A stretch of DNA of 64,000 nt from an uncultured Verrucomicrobiae bacterium (GTDB lineage Bacteria > Verrucomicrobiota > Verrucomicrobiia > Chthoniobacterales > UBA10450). Each line of letters starts with the position of its first letter. The first letter of the stretch is position 1. The DNA lies in contig CAVYXA010000001.1 of assembly GCA_963772365.1 (NCBI GenBank), positions 800,001 to 864,000 on the forward strand, written 5' to 3'. The translations under genes and the position numbers were made by a program. The notes beneath the pieces are model-generated. The model did not search any database. It was not told the origin of the DNA and saw only the letters and a program-made list of their open reading frames with translations. Shown piece after piece: positions 10,569-21,694 of the stretch.

Positions 10569-12398
10569 TCAATTCATGGCCGCTCTTTTGGGCGAAAGCT
10601 GCGAAAGCTCGCTGAGTTGCTCTCGCAGGTCAAGAATTTGTTTTTGCAGATTCAGAACGTCCCCGGAACTTTGCCGCGGAAGCTTGATTCGGTTTTCCGC
10701 GACCTCGAGTTGGCGCCGCAAGATGCCCTGGCGAATGCCGAGCCACCATTGTTCCACCATGGCGCCGGGACTCGGCGGCATTTTTCGCAGTAACCAGGAT
10801 GAAACGATACGTTCCTCGTTAGGAGAAAGCGTTGCCATGAACGCGTTGAGAGAAGCCGGGTCGTCTGGACGAAAATCGCTTTCTAAAATGCGAACCAAAA
10901 TTTCCGCATCCGGTACCTGATCGAGGATCTCCCGCCAGTTTTGGCTGCGCAGAAAATCGCGCGCCGTTTCATCGCGCAGGGCCAGCAGGCAAAGCATCGC
11001 CACGTCATGTCTCGGCGCCAAACCAACTTCTGCGGGACCAGCTTGATCCGGCCGGCCCGAGTCGCGCCGTTGTTTTGGCAAAAGCGCCTGAAAATCGGGA
11101 GCAGTTACGCCGAGCCGAGCGCTAATTTTACTCACAACTTCGCCGCGCATCATCGGGTCGTGCACGCGCGATACCGTTTCGGCCATTTTTCGCGCTAACT
11201 GCATCTTCGCACCGAGCGAGGTAAGATCGACATCCGATGCTTCCCGGTCGATCCAGTAATCAAAAAATTCACGGGCACCGGCAATCCGGCTTTCAAACGC
11301 CTCTCTTCCTTCCCGTCGAACGAGCGAATCCGGATCCTCTCCCGCGGGCATCTCGGCCACGCGAACAATCAAATCGTTCTGAAGCAGCGCATCCAGTGAA
11401 CGTTCGGCGGCTTTCCGGCCAGCAGCGTCAGCGTCAAAGCAAAGCACAACTTCGTTAACAAATCGTTTTAGCACGCGGGCTTGATTTTCAGTGAACGCCG
11501 TCCCTTGCGGCGCGACTACGTTCTTGATCCCGGCTTCGAATAGAGCAATCAAGTCGAGCTGGCCTTCACAGACGATGGCGCACTCAGCTTCGATTAAGGC
11601 GCGCTTCGATTTGTCCAACCCAAAGAGCACTTTGCCTTTTCGAAAGACCGGCGTTTCCGGTGAATTCACATATTTCGCAGCGCCCTCTTCGTCTTTCAGA
11701 AGCCGTCCGCTAAAGGCGATGACCTCGCCCACATCATTGCAAATTGGGAACATGACCCGGCCACGAAACCGATCGTAGGTTGAGCGTTGAACGTTGGACG
11801 TTGTGCGTTCCGCATTCTCATCTTTTTGGGTCACTAATCCGCTCTGCAATAGAACCTGCTGCGAATAGCCGTGATTTCTCGCCGAGCTTCCGAATGCGTC
11901 CCATTCATCAGGTGCGTAGCCAAGCCGCCACCGCTTGGCGATCTCCGCCGTGATCCCGCGCTTTTTCAAATACTTTCGTGCCGCTTCGCCAATCGTTTTC
12001 TTGATAAGGTTAACGTGGAACCAATCGGCCGCTTCGGCGTGCAATTGCAGCAACTGATGCCGCATCTCCGGTTGTCGATCTTGATCGCTCCCTCCGCTTC
12101 GCGATGTTTCTGTAATCGGAATCCCGACCCGCGCCGCGAGTTTGCGCACCGCCGATGGAAAATCGACATGCTCGTAATCCATCACGAACCGGAACACGCT
12201 TCCGCCCGCGCCGCAGCCGAAGCAATGGAATGTTTGCCGGCTCGGGCTCACCGTGAACGAAGGCGTCTTTTCCTGATGGAATGGACAGAGCGCCTTGAAA
12301 TTCGTGCCTGCGCGTTTCAGTGGAAAATACGTGCCAATCAGCTCCACGATGTCGTTCGCTGCGGCGACTTGTTCGATGGTTTCTGATGGAATTGCCAC
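10569..12398 (-). CDS. dnaG: DNA primase
   Basis: Zinc finger [38 protein letters not shown] and DADAAG. Confidence 0.97.
   Translation of the reverse strand: MAIPSETIEQVAAANDIVELIGTYFPLKRAGTNFKALCPFHQEKTPSFTVSPSRQTFHCFGCGAGGSVFRFVMDYEHVDFPSAVRKLAARVGIPITETSRSGGSDQDRQPEMRHQLLQLHAEAADWFHVNLIKKTIGEAARKYLKKRGITAEIAKRWRLGYAPDEWDAFGSSARNHGYSQQVLLQSGLVTQKDENAERTTSNVQRSTYDRFRGRVMFPICNDVGEVIAFSGRLLKDEEGAAKYVNSPETPVFRKGKVLFGLDKSKRALIEAECAIVCEGQLDLIALFEAGIKNVVAPQGTAFTENQARVLKRFVNEVVLCFDADAAGRKAAERSLDALLQNDLIVRVAEMPAGEDPDSLVRREGREAFESRIAGAREFFDYWIDREASDVDLTSLGAKMQLARKMAETVSRVHDPMMRGEVVSKISARLGVTAPDFQALLPKQRRDSGRPDQAGPAEVGLAPRHDVAMLCLLALRDETARDFLRSQNWREILDQVPDAEILVRILESDFRPDDPASLNAFMATLSPNEERIVSSWLLRKMPPSPGAMVEQWWLGIRQGILRRQLEVAENRIKLPRQSSGDVLNLQKQILDLREQLSELSQLSPKRAAMN
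11780..11814. repeat. Heptamer tandem array inside dnaG
   Basis: TTGAGCG TTGAACG TTGGACG TTGTGCG TTCCGCA. Confidence 0.7.
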
Positions 12399-12442
12399 AG
12401 GTGAGATGGCAATCTTACCCAACTGCCATCACGTTTCCAAAG

Positions 12443-13927
12443 ATGAAAAACCAGCCAGTCGTCATCCCGAGCGAAGTCGAGGGATCCCGTTATCCGGCTT
12501 TGAAACATTGCCGCGGGATTCCTCGATTTCGCTTCGCTGGGCTCGGAATGACGATAATGGCGATTTGGTTGGGTCTGACGGCCACGCTTCAAGCACGCGA
12601 CGTCATTCAAAAGGGTGACGTTGTAGTCGTGCCGGTGCACGGCGAGATCTCAGAATCTCTGGTCATGTTTCTTAGGAGAGCCGTCAAAGCGGCCGAGATC
12701 GACGGTGCCTCGGCGATCATTTTCGATATGAACACTTACGGCGGCCGACTCGATGCGGCGGCCGATATCGTCAATGTCCTGAATCACACAACGATCCCAA
12801 CCTATACGTTCATCAATTCTAACGCGGGTTCCGCCGGCGCGATTATCGCTCTGGCGACTCGACATATTTACATGGCGCCTGTGAGCGCAATCGGCGCTGC
12901 TGCGCCGGTTCTCTCCACGGGGCAAGACCTTCCCGCCACGCTCAAGGAAAAAACGATTTCGTATTGGACGGCGCTGGTTCGCGGCTCGGCCGAACGCAAC
13001 GGCCACAACCCGGATGTCGCCGAAGCGTTCATGAATAAAGATAAGGCGGTCAAAATCGGCGACCGTGTTGTTCATCCGAAGGGAACGCTGTTGACTCTGA
13101 ACGCACAGGAAGCGGCCGAGCGCATCGACAGTAAACCGCTTTTGGCAGAAGGCATGGTCGATTCCGTTGTCGATCTTGCGAAGAAAGCGGGTCTCACCGC
13201 CAAGATAACCACACTGCACCCGACCGGTTTTGAACAGCTTGCGTTTTGGATCACCGCCCTCGCGCCATTTCTGCTTCTGGGCGGAATTATTGGAGCATAT
13301 CTCGAGTTCAAAATTCCCGGCGTGACCTGGCCGGGAATCATTTCTGCAATTTGCTTCGCACTTTTTTTCCTTGGCCATTATCTGGCCGGGCTGGCGGGCT
13401 GGGAGGTTCTGGCACTTTTCCTTCTTGGAATGCTGTTCGTCCTTGTTGAGATCCTCTTCTTTGCCCATTCCACGATTATCTTCGGAGTCGTGGGTGTTCT
13501 TCTCATACTGGCGTCGCTGCTGTGGGCAATGATTGATCGTTATCCAGGCCAAAACTTTTTCCCGAGCGGCAAGATGCTGGCCATTCCCCTGCTCAATCTG
13601 TTTATCGCGATCATCGGTTCCTTCGTCATTATTGCTCTTCTCGCGCGCTACTTGCCCCGGACCAGTTTTTATCGCCGATTTGTCCTGATCGATTCCAATC
13701 CGCCCGGTCCCTCGCTCGCCGGGATTCCCCGGCAATTCGCGACCGCGCTAGCGCTGAATCCCGGAATGCAGGGCACCGCCCTCACCGTCTTGCGGCCAAG
13801 CGGAAAAGCCCGATTCGCCGATCACATTGTCGATGTTGTCACCGAAGGCGAATTCATCGCCGCGCAGACGCCAATTACAGTAGCTCAGAGCGATGGGATG
13901 CGCGTCATCGTAAAAGCCACTGGCTGA
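12443..13927 (+). CDS. NfeD/ClpP-class membrane serine protease (start uncertain: 12443 or 12548)
   Basis: MNTYGG, NAGSAGAIIAL, IGAAAPV, multiple TM segments, C-terminal OB fold LRPSGKA. Confidence 0.92.
   Translation: MKNQPVVIPSEVEGSRYPALKHCRGIPRFRFAGLGMTIMAIWLGLTATLQARDVIQKGDVVVVPVHGEISESLVMFLRRAVKAAEIDGASAIIFDMNTYGGRLDAAADIVNVLNHTTIPTYTFINSNAGSAGAIIALATRHIYMAPVSAIGAAAPVLSTGQDLPATLKEKTISYWTALVRGSAERNGHNPDVAEAFMNKDKAVKIGDRVVHPKGTLLTLNAQEAAERIDSKPLLAEGMVDSVVDLAKKAGLTAKITTLHPTGFEQLAFWITALAPFLLLGGIIGAYLEFKIPGVTWPGIISAICFALFFLGHYLAGLAGWEVLALFLLGMLFVLVEILFFAHSTIIFGVVGVLLILASLLWAMIDRYPGQNFFPSGKMLAIPLLNLFIAIIGSFVIIALLARYLPRTSFYRRFVLIDSNPPGPSLAGIPRQFATALALNPGMQGTALTVLRPSGKARFADHIVDVVTEGEFIAAQTPITVAQSDGMRVIVKATG
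12461..12552. repeat. Palindromic repeat family A (GTCATCCCGAGC...GCTCGGAATGAC)
   Basis: Terminal inverted repeats; related copies at 22198, 26659, 35161, 52506 and 62651. Confidence 0.85.
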
Positions 13928-13954
13928 ACGGATGCAATCGCAGCAGTGTCGCGA

Positions 13955-14353
13955 TCACGCAGCGTGCGCTGCGACCGCTAGATTAAAAATCGATGTCGGC
14001 GCGATGGCATTCAGCGCTGCTTTTAACCGTTCCAATTTGACCGGTTTGGAGAGAACGGTCACAGCGCCAATTTCGCTGATGTCATCCGTTGGTGACCACC
14101 CGGAAACCAGTATGATTCGCGCTTCGGGATCTCTTGCCAGAATGTTTCGACACGCGGTTGCCCCATTTAACTTGGGCATCCAATAATCCATCAGCACCAC
14201 ATCGGGCTGATGTCGCGTGTAAGCCTGGATCGCCTCCAAGCCGGAGCTGACTACTTCCACCACTTCATGGTGGCAGAAGGAAACAAGCTCAGCCAGGGAG
14301 GTGCCCACGCTTTTTTGATCGTCGGCAATCAGAACTCGCACCATTTGCCCCAC
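13955..14353 (-). CDS. Single-domain response regulator
   Basis: VLIADD, DVVLMDYWMP, KPV. Confidence 0.92.
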   Translation of the reverse strand: MGQMVRVLIADDQKSVGTSLAELVSFCHHEVVEVVSSGLEAIQAYTRHQPDVVLMDYWMPKLNGATACRNILARDPEARIILVSGWSPTDDISEIGAVTVLSKPVKLERLKAALNAIAPTSIFNLAVAAHAA

Positions 14354-14385
14354 GCAGAAGTTTTCGTGCCAACCGATAAAGGGAT

Positions 14386-15830
14386 TTATGACGCGGTGTA
14401 ATAGCCTTCCTCGCCATGCTGGTTGATATCGAGCCCTTGACGCTCAATTTCCGGAGCAATCCTCAGCCCAATGGTCGCTTTGACCAACAATCCGATGATC
14501 GTCGTGGCTACGACTGCAAACCCGATTGTGACCGCAATCGCCTTGAGTTGTTCTAGCCAGAGCGAGTGACCAACGATTGAGGCCAGACCATTCTGCGTGG
14601 CCACATTACCGACCAGGTTCGGATTAACACTGGAGGTTGCGAGTAGGCCTGTGAGAAATGCTCCCAGGGTTCCGCCCACTGCGTGCACGCCGAACGTATC
14701 CAGCGCGTCATCGTAACCCATGAGCGATTTCAGCTTGGTGCAGGCAAAGAATGGGACCAAACCGGCCGCCACACCAATCAACACCGCCCGGGTAGCATCG
14801 ACATAGCCGCAGCTTGGGGTGATCACCACGAGTCCGCCAAGCGCCCCCGAGCAAAATCCGAGTACGCTCGGTTTTCCGCGCAGCAAATATTCGAGCATCG
14901 CCCATGTAAATGACGCCACGGCCGTGGCGAGCGTTGTTGTCATGAAAGCATTGGCAGCGATCCCATCGGCTCCGAGTGCGCTGCCGGCATTGAATCCATA
15001 CCAACCAACCCACAGCATGCCCGCTCCCACCATGCACAGCACCATGCTATGCGGCGCCATTACCTCTCTTTTGAACCCCAGCCGATGCCCGAGAAGAATG
15101 CACAAAACGAGCGCCGACCATCCTGACGACATGTGCACGACATACCACCTGCAAAATCGATTGCCGTGATTTTGGCCAGCGGATTGGCGACGCCATTCAT
15201 CCAGCCGTCGATTCCCCACACCATGTGTGCAATGGGAAAATAAACTGCAAACATCCATACACCCATAAACAGAAGCACAGCCGCGAACTTCATCCGCTCC
15301 GCCACCGCGCCGATGATCAGTGCCGGCGTGATGATGGCGAACATTAATTGATACATCGCAAAAATGTCGTGCGAGACCCATTGCGAATAATTGCCATTTG
15401 GCTGAGCGCCGACTCCGCGCAGAAAGGCAAATCTCAATCCGCCAAAAAAAGGCGAGCCGGGTGAAAACACGAGGGAATATCCGACGGCCCACCAAAGAAT
15501 CGTAACCAGCCCGGCGATACCGAGACATTGCGCCAGGATCGACAAAACATTCTTGGCCCGAACCAAGCCGCCATAAAAAAGCGCCAGCCCGGGTAAAGTC
15601 ATGAACAACACCAGGGCGGCGCATGTCATCATCCAGCCGTTGTGACCGGGACCCGGTCCCGCGATGTTAGAAACATTTCCCGCGCGGACGGAATTGTTCA
15701 CATAAGCTTCGAGATCGGCGACTCGCTGCTCAAGCGAGGGCGAAGCGGAAGGCGCAACTGTCGATGTTTGGGCGACGACCGCTGATGAAAATGCCAGCAC
15801 CGGCACCAGCAGAAAAACGAACCTCGTCAC
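14386..15830 (-). CDS. amtB: Ammonium transporter (1-nt frameshift near 15140)
   Basis: FMTLPGLALFYGG, DFAGG/VVHMSSG, WVGWYGFNAGS, DDALDTFGVH, split across two ORFs. Confidence 0.95.
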
Positions 15831-15888
15831 GCGTTTCCGTTATAGAGCGCAATGATTCGCCCGGGCAAGAAAAACTCCCGAAAGAGAA

Positions 15889-15967
15889 AACTCCGCCGAG
15901 CGGTTGAGCCGGGCTCGCCCAGCGAGTCCCTCCGTTGGCGGACCAGGTTAAGGTGCTCGGCGGAGTC
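15889..15967. repeat. Long hairpin (ACTCCGCCGAGC...GCTCGGCGGAGT) with a nested family C repeat; possible terminator of the PDZ gene
   Basis: 12-bp perfect inverted repeat; the loop contains CTCGCCCAGCGAGTCCCTCCGTTGGCGGAC. Confidence 0.55.
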
Positions 15968-15990
15968 TCTTCCTCTCTGTCTCGGGAAAT

Positions 15991-17007
15991 CTACAGAATT
16001 GCTGGTTGGTGATCATCGTCGCCGGTTTTGATATCGTTATCTTCATCGACATCGATCCGCGGCGCGACAGAAGGCAAATCGTGCCGCTGAAGTTTCTCGT
16101 AGCGCTCGCGGACTTCGGCCGGCAACTTATCGATTTCCTCTTTGGTTTCGACCGGCCCGCTAAAGATCAATTTACCTTGCGGATCTTTCGCTGTGAGCAC
16201 TTTCTTTCCACCCACGCTTTCCAGTTTCATTTCGCCTTTGTCATCCGAGAAAACAATTTGCGCGTTACCGATGTCGATCTTGGTCGCGTGAAGTGTACCA
16301 TCATCATCGCTCATCACGCGAATATCGCGCGTCGTGTCGCGAGCCTCTTCCCGTGCCCGCCTGGCTGCTTCTCGCGCTTTCTCCACAGCCTCCCGGATCA
16401 CTCCTTTTTGCGCGCCTAACTGATCCTTAAGCTGCTCCTTCAGATCTTCCATTTGTTCCCGCAAATCGTCGCCCATCTGATCGAAGTTCCAGTTCCATTC
16501 GTGATTGAAACCGGGAAGGCTAGAGTGCCGCTGCGGCAGTTCCTTCTTGCTTAGCTTGACCGTGATCTTTTGCTCCTGACCCTTGCGCAGGATCGTGAGC
16601 GTCACATCCATTCCCTCCTGGAATGTTTGCAAGAGTTTTCGAAGTTGGTTCGGCTCAATCAGAATCTGATCGTTCAACATTTTCAGAATGTCGTTCTGTT
16701 TCAGGCCGGCCGCAGCTGCCGGACTGTCCGGCACGACGTAATCGACCACCAGCCCGAAGCCTTTTGCCAAACCAAGTTGCTCGCTCACCACACTCGGTAC
16801 TTCGGAAGTTTCAACGCCCAGAAATATCACAGGGGCTTTTGGTCCGCCGCGGTGTTCGTGTCGGTCGGGCATCGCTGGCGGAGCGGGAGGGGCCGGAGGA
16901 ACCGGTGGCGATGGCGGCGGCGTTTGCGCGAACCCTGCAATCGGCAGGAGCGCGATCGTCAGGACGATGATGGATTTTGCTTTCATAATGTTCGTTGTGT
17001 TGATCAT
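15991..17007 (-). CDS. Secreted PDZ-domain protein (ECF operon)
   Basis: Signal peptide, Pro-rich linker, FLGV..VVPDSPAAAAGLKQNDIL PDZ motif. Confidence 0.88.
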   Translation of the reverse strand: MINTTNIMKAKSIIVLTIALLPIAGFAQTPPPSPPVPPAPPAPPAMPDRHEHRGGPKAPVIFLGVETSEVPSVVSEQLGLAKGFGLVVDYVVPDSPAAAAGLKQNDILKMLNDQILIEPNQLRKLLQTFQEGMDVTLTILRKGQEQKITVKLSKKELPQRHSSLPGFNHEWNWNFDQMGDDLREQMEDLKEQLKDQLGAQKGVIREAVEKAREAARRAREEARDTTRDIRVMSDDDGTLHATKIDIGNAQIVFSDDKGEMKLESVGGKKVLTAKDPQGKLIFSGPVETKEEIDKLPAEVRERYEKLQRHDLPSVAPRIDVDEDNDIKTGDDDHQPAIL

Positions 17008-17513
17008 TGGCCCGAAACTGGAATCAAAACGATTTCCTCGCTAGGATACGAAACGCGAAGCGATTCACCGGTAGCGGGATTACGCCACTGAACGGTCTGA
17101 CGAGTTTGATAACGCAATCGCCGCAGCGGCTGTTGATAACCAAACTGCAGTCCTTCATCGCGTCGATTGTAAATTACCTGAGTTAGATCAGCCGGGATAA
17201 ATTTATCCGCCACAGCCGGCGCGGTCTCGCGAGAGGGCACAGGCGAAATCTTAGCAATCTGCTGCTCCTTCTGCTGCGGCCGTTCCAGATTAATTCGCGC
17301 GAATACCAGTAAGAGCGCCGCCGCCGCAAGACCCAAACCCAATGGCATCCAATTGTAGGGCAACCGCGTCGGTTGCCGAGTTACGCCGTCGGCAGGCGGA
17401 GCGCCCGCTCTGCCATTCGCCATCGCCTCTTCGACGCGTTCGAAAAGTGCAGGAGAAGGCCGAGCCGGCCGCAGCTTTTTCAATTCATTCTCGATCTCAG
17501 AGAAATCGTTCAT
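17004..17513 (-). CDS. Putative anti-sigma factor
   Basis: IENELKKLRPARPS, single TM, translationally coupled to the ECF sigma gene. Confidence 0.75.
   Translation of the reverse strand: MNDFSEIENELKKLRPARPSPALFERVEEAMANGRAGAPPADGVTRQPTRLPYNWMPLGLGLAAAALLLVFARINLERPQQKEQQIAKISPVPSRETAPAVADKFIPADLTQVIYNRRDEGLQFGYQQPLRRLRYQTRQTVQWRNPATGESLRVSYPSEEIVLIPVSGQ
17353..17415. repeat. Family B REP-like element, in-frame inside the anti-sigma gene
   Basis: TTGTAGGGCAACCGCGTCGGTTGCC...GGCAGGCGGAGCGCCCGCTCTGCCA, 63 bp. Confidence 0.8.
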
Positions 17514-18059
17514 TGCGGTTGCAAGGTTTTCTTTAATCCAGCTAAGGCATACCGATAACGCGAAGCGGCGGTGTTGTGCGAAATACCCAGGGCGCTTCCG
17601 ATTTCAGCGAAGGTGAGCTCGTTCCAGATTTTCATCACCAGCACCTCGCGTTGATCGCGTGGCAAATCATCCAGCGCCGCGACCAATGCCTGTTGAGTTT
17701 CATTTTCAAATTGAAATTCCGGCTCCACTGAACCCGCGACATCAGAGAAGGCCACTTGCTCGCGTCGAGCCCGGCGGCTGTCGCGGCGGATAAAATCGAG
17801 CGCGGTGGAACCGAACAATCGCGTAGAGCAAGCCGCGTTTGCCTGCCGCGCCGGAGCCAAGTGGAGGCGGGTCGATGTTATGATTGCGCCTCCAGAATTT
17901 GACGAATGCTTCCTGAACAATGTCTTCCGCGTCGGCCGCCGATCGCACCCACTGGCGGGCGAACAGAACCAAACCCGGCGCCAATTCCGAAAAGCAACTT
18001 CTCCAAGCTTCATGGTTAGCGACATTTTGCATGACCTCTTCACGGTCTTTCATGATCAA
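17510..18059 (-). CDS. ECF sigma factor (frameshift near 17805)
   Basis: Region 2 DAEDIVQEAF; region 4 LPRDQREVL..TFAEIG..NTAASRYRYAL. Confidence 0.9.
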
Positions 18060-18313
18060 GACGCCGCCAACTGGCCATCTTGTCTAAGTTGGACAATTTT
18101 CGTCGCGTTTCGTTTAGAGGTGGAAGGAGCTCTCCGAGCGCGTTGGTAAAACAAACGCCGCAGGCTTTAAATTGCCGATCTTGTGTTAACAAGCATGGGG
18201 TGTTGCACAAATATTGCGGCTTTGCCGACTGAAACATCTGGAAGACATCTCAATCTTTCGGTGGCGATCCGGCGTGAATTGCTTTCCTTGAAAGTCTCCC
18301 CACAGGCCACACC

Positions 18314-18817
18314 GTGCGAATCAGGAACCAACATCTGCTTTACCGATATCGACTCATCCTCGGGCTGTTTATATTCGGTTTGTTGCTCGGCGGGGTCACG
18401 GCTTTTGCCTTCGAAATGGAAACCGCCTTGTTGAACCGGCTGTTTGGAATCAATGCCGGCGTCGATCCTTCATCATTTTTCTTCAAGCCCCGCCTGTTTA
18501 TCACCACATTGCATTTCGCAGTGCACGATACTTACGTGCGTTTTCCTTTCTTCGGCCATAACACCGACTGGCTTGGCTTCAGCTACTTTGTAATCGGTGC
18601 CTTTTTCCTTTTACCGTTTGCGAATCCGGTCCGGTATCGGGCGATTCTTCAGGTGGGCCTGCTCGCCTGCGCGGGTGCTATTATGGTCGCGGTCATTTCA
18701 GGGTCGCTTCGTCACATTCCGTTTTTCTGGATCGCGATCGATTGCAGCTTCGGGATGTTGGCTGCGATTCTGCTCGCATATTCTCTCTATCTCAGCGGCA
18801 AACTTGGCCACGGATGA
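18314..18817 (+). CDS. Hypothetical multi-pass membrane protein
   Basis: About 4 TM segments; TDWL, IPFFW..IDCSFG. Confidence 0.75.
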   Translation: MRIRNQHLLYRYRLILGLFIFGLLLGGVTAFAFEMETALLNRLFGINAGVDPSSFFFKPRLFITTLHFAVHDTYVRFPFFGHNTDWLGFSYFVIGAFFLLPFANPVRYRAILQVGLLACAGAIMVAVISGSLRHIPFFWIAIDCSFGMLAAILLAYSLYLSGKLGHG

Positions 18818-19492
18818 TCTCGTCAGCCAGGCGCGGCACCGCGACGGTTGCCGGTTCGCGCAACACTCGTGACGCCAATCGTGAAAGTGAAGTTTCTTCT
18901 GGATTAACCTCAATCAGTTCGCCGCCATTTCGGCTCGCTCGCACTGCCCAATCGATGATGTAGCCAAACGTCGCTGTCGTTCCGATAACAATGACGAAAT
19001 CGCACAGACCGTTCGCGAGAAAACTTTCCACAATGTCGATCTTCCGCGCATCCAGCTGCTCCCCGAACCAAACCACGCCCGGTCGCATCTTCGCGTGGCA
19101 CTGCAAACATCTCGCAACACGCTCCTGCTCCTGCTCGTAATCGCACCGCGAACATCGCGTCACAAAAATGTCGCCGGAATCTGCACCATTTTCTCCTTCG
19201 ACAATCCGGCGCGGGCATGCAGATCGTCCACGTTTTGCGTCACCAACAAAAATTCTGACGCTAAGTTCGACAATTGCGCGATCGCCTTATGTGCCGCATT
19301 GGGCTGCACCGCCCGAATCCACTGACGCCGTTCTCGGTACCATTCCCACACCAGTTCCGGATCGCGGGCGAACGCCTCTGGCGTTGCCAACTGCATCGGA
19401 TCGAGATTTCGCCAGTAGCCATCTTTGCCGCGAAAAGTCGGGATGCCGCTCTCGGCAGAAACGCCGGCGCCGGTGATAACTAGCACACGCAT
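18792..19492 (-). CDS. cobB: Sir2-family NAD-dependent deacylase (frameshift near 19175)
   Basis: TGAGVSAESGIPTFRG, TQNVDDLH, two CxxC pairs, RPGVVWFGE. Confidence 0.93.
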
Positions 19493-19593
19493 GATGGAAG
19501 GCATTCTCCGAACGTCTTGATAAATCAAACGACTTTACCGCATCGTCGCGACGTCGTTGCTACGCGGTCTCTGCAAATTAGAATAAACCACCC

Positions 19594-19772
19594 TTGTAGG
19601 GCAAGCACATCGCTTGCCTGACGATCATCCCATAAATGTAGCCATGCCTCTGGTGGGCGTCTGCATCATTAAACGATACTCGCACGAACGGCGCGCAGCG
19701 CCGTGGCAACCGGCATAAACTTATCAGCTGGGTTCCAGCCTTTCCTTGGCAGGCGGAGCGCCCGCCCTACAA
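19594..19772. repeat. Family B element with a nested second REP-like element (GTAGCCATGCC...GCCGTGGCAAC)
   Basis: TTGTAGGGC...GCCCTACAA termini; nested inverted pair at about 19638-19711. Confidence 0.75.
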
Positions 19773-19781
19773 TGTCTCGTC

Positions 19782-21602
19782 ATGAGCGCGGACGTATCGA
19801 AAATTGGCGACTACGCTTTAATCGGGGATGCCCGATCGGCTGCGCTCATTTCCAGGCGAGGTTCGCTGGATTGGCTCTGCTGGCCGCGATTCGATAGCCC
19901 CTTGATTTTTGGCGCGATTGTCGATCCTAAAATCGGCGGGCATTGGAGTATTCGGCCGACGAGAGATTCCCAAATCAGCCGGCGTTACATTGATAACACC
20001 AATGTGCTGGAAACAACGCTGGCCACTGATTCGGGAAAAATTGTGCTGACCGATTTCATGCCAGTCGCGACCGAGGAGGAAAAAAGACGCCGACTCTGGC
20101 CCGAGCAGGAACTCATCCGGCAAATCAAATGCAGCGATGGTGAAGTGCCCGCCACGATGGAATTTCATCCCCGCCCCGATTATGGCCGGGTTCCGGCAAA
20201 AATTCGTAGAGCAGGAAAATTTGGCTGGCGCACGAATGTGGGAAGAGACGTGCTTTGGTTGCGCAGCGAAATCGATCTCGAGTGCGACGGCGATTCGTTA
20301 TCTGCCCGGACGACGTTGAAATCGGGTGACGTAATTTCTTTTTCGCTGACGTATTCAAGGGAATCGCCGGCTGTACTGCCTCCGTTAGGCGATCTGGTGA
20401 CACAAAAGCTGAACCTCAGCATCAATTGCTGGCAACAATGGTCCGACCAAATCAAATATGACGGGCCCTATCGCAAACAGGTGGTCCGCAGCGCGTTGGT
20501 TCTGTCACTGCTGACTTATGCTCCGTCCGGAGCGCTCGTAGCCGCGGCGACCAGCTCGCTTCCAGAATGCATCGGCGGCGAGCTCAACTGGGATTATCGA
20601 TTCTGCTGGCTGCGCGATGCTGCTCTGGCCGTGCGCGCATTGTTTGCTCTCGGATATGAGACGGATGCCGAAGCATTTGTGAGCTGGCTGTTGCACGCCA
20701 CCCGCCTGACCCGGCCAGAGTTAAAAACTCTCTACGATGTTCACGGGAACTACATCCCAAGGGAGCGCGATCTGGGACACCTGGCCGGTTACAAAAATTC
20801 GCGCCCCGTCCGGCTGGGCAACGCCGCCTCCGAACAATTCCAACTCGATGTTTATGGCGAAGTCATCGACGCAGTGTCGCATTTTATCCAGGGCGATAAG
20901 AAGATCGATCGTGAAACCCAAAAAATGCTGCGGCAATACGGCGATTATGTGTGCCGTTGCTGGCAGGAGCCGGATAACGGCATGTGGGAATCACGCGGCC
21001 CGCGCCAGCAATTTACCCAATCACGCATGCTCTGCTGGGCCGCCCTTGATCGTTTACTCGACCTGGCCAATCGCGGGCATCTGTCGAATTTGAACATCGA
21101 CAAAGTGAGCCGCGTTCGTGACCAGATCCGTAAGGAAATTGAAGTGCGCGGCTGGAATGAGAAATTGCAATCCTACACGCAGGTTTTCGACGGTGACACG
21201 GTCGATGCCAACGCGTTGTTGCTCGTGATTTACGGATTTGCCGATCCGAACTCCGAGCGGATGCAAAAAACGCACGCGCGACTCCGGGAAAAATTGTCGC
21301 CCAAACCCGGCCTCATGTATCGGGACGAAGACAGCCCCAAAAAAGGCGAAGGCGCATTTGGCGTCTGTAATTTCTGGGAAGCAGATTTTCGGGCCCGTGC
21401 CGGCGAGATCGACGAGGCACACCGCGCTTTCAAAGCCGTGCTGGCCTACGCGAGCGATGTCGATCTTTTCGCCGAGGAAATCGATCCCGAAACCGGCGAC
21501 GCGCTCGGGAATTTCCCTCAGGCATTCACTCATCTCGGGCTCATCAACGCCGCGCTCTCCATCAGTGAAGCGGAACAGCGCGCGAACGGAACAGAGCTGT
21601 AG
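19782..21602 (+). CDS. Glycoside hydrolase family 15 (glucoamylase/trehalase-like)
   Basis: IGDYALIGD, WPRFDSP, NWDYRFCWLRD, GNFPQAFTH. Confidence 0.95.
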   Translation: MSADVSKIGDYALIGDARSAALISRRGSLDWLCWPRFDSPLIFGAIVDPKIGGHWSIRPTRDSQISRRYIDNTNVLETTLATDSGKIVLTDFMPVATEEEKRRRLWPEQELIRQIKCSDGEVPATMEFHPRPDYGRVPAKIRRAGKFGWRTNVGRDVLWLRSEIDLECDGDSLSARTTLKSGDVISFSLTYSRESPAVLPPLGDLVTQKLNLSINCWQQWSDQIKYDGPYRKQVVRSALVLSLLTYAPSGALVAAATSSLPECIGGELNWDYRFCWLRDAALAVRALFALGYETDAEAFVSWLLHATRLTRPELKTLYDVHGNYIPRERDLGHLAGYKNSRPVRLGNAASEQFQLDVYGEVIDAVSHFIQGDKKIDRETQKMLRQYGDYVCRCWQEPDNGMWESRGPRQQFTQSRMLCWAALDRLLDLANRGHLSNLNIDKVSRVRDQIRKEIEVRGWNEKLQSYTQVFDGDTVDANALLLVIYGFADPNSERMQKTHARLREKLSPKPGLMYRDEDSPKKGEGAFGVCNFWEADFRARAGEIDEAHRAFKAVLAYASDVDLFAEEIDPETGDALGNFPQAFTHLGLINAALSISEAEQRANGTEL

Positions 21603-21694
21603 GGGGAGCTGACAGCTTCCCCAATAAGCCAAATGTCCATCGGGCTCCCGACCCCAAGCTTGAATCACGTTAACCAAGGCCGCTATGTTGCGTC

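Noticed and set aside
12650..13735. Long antisense or overlapping ORFs (12650-13735, 21685-22533, 42318-43094, 52823-53644, 55871-56734)
   Set aside because: They overlap well-supported genes, show no motifs, and are expected at this GC content.
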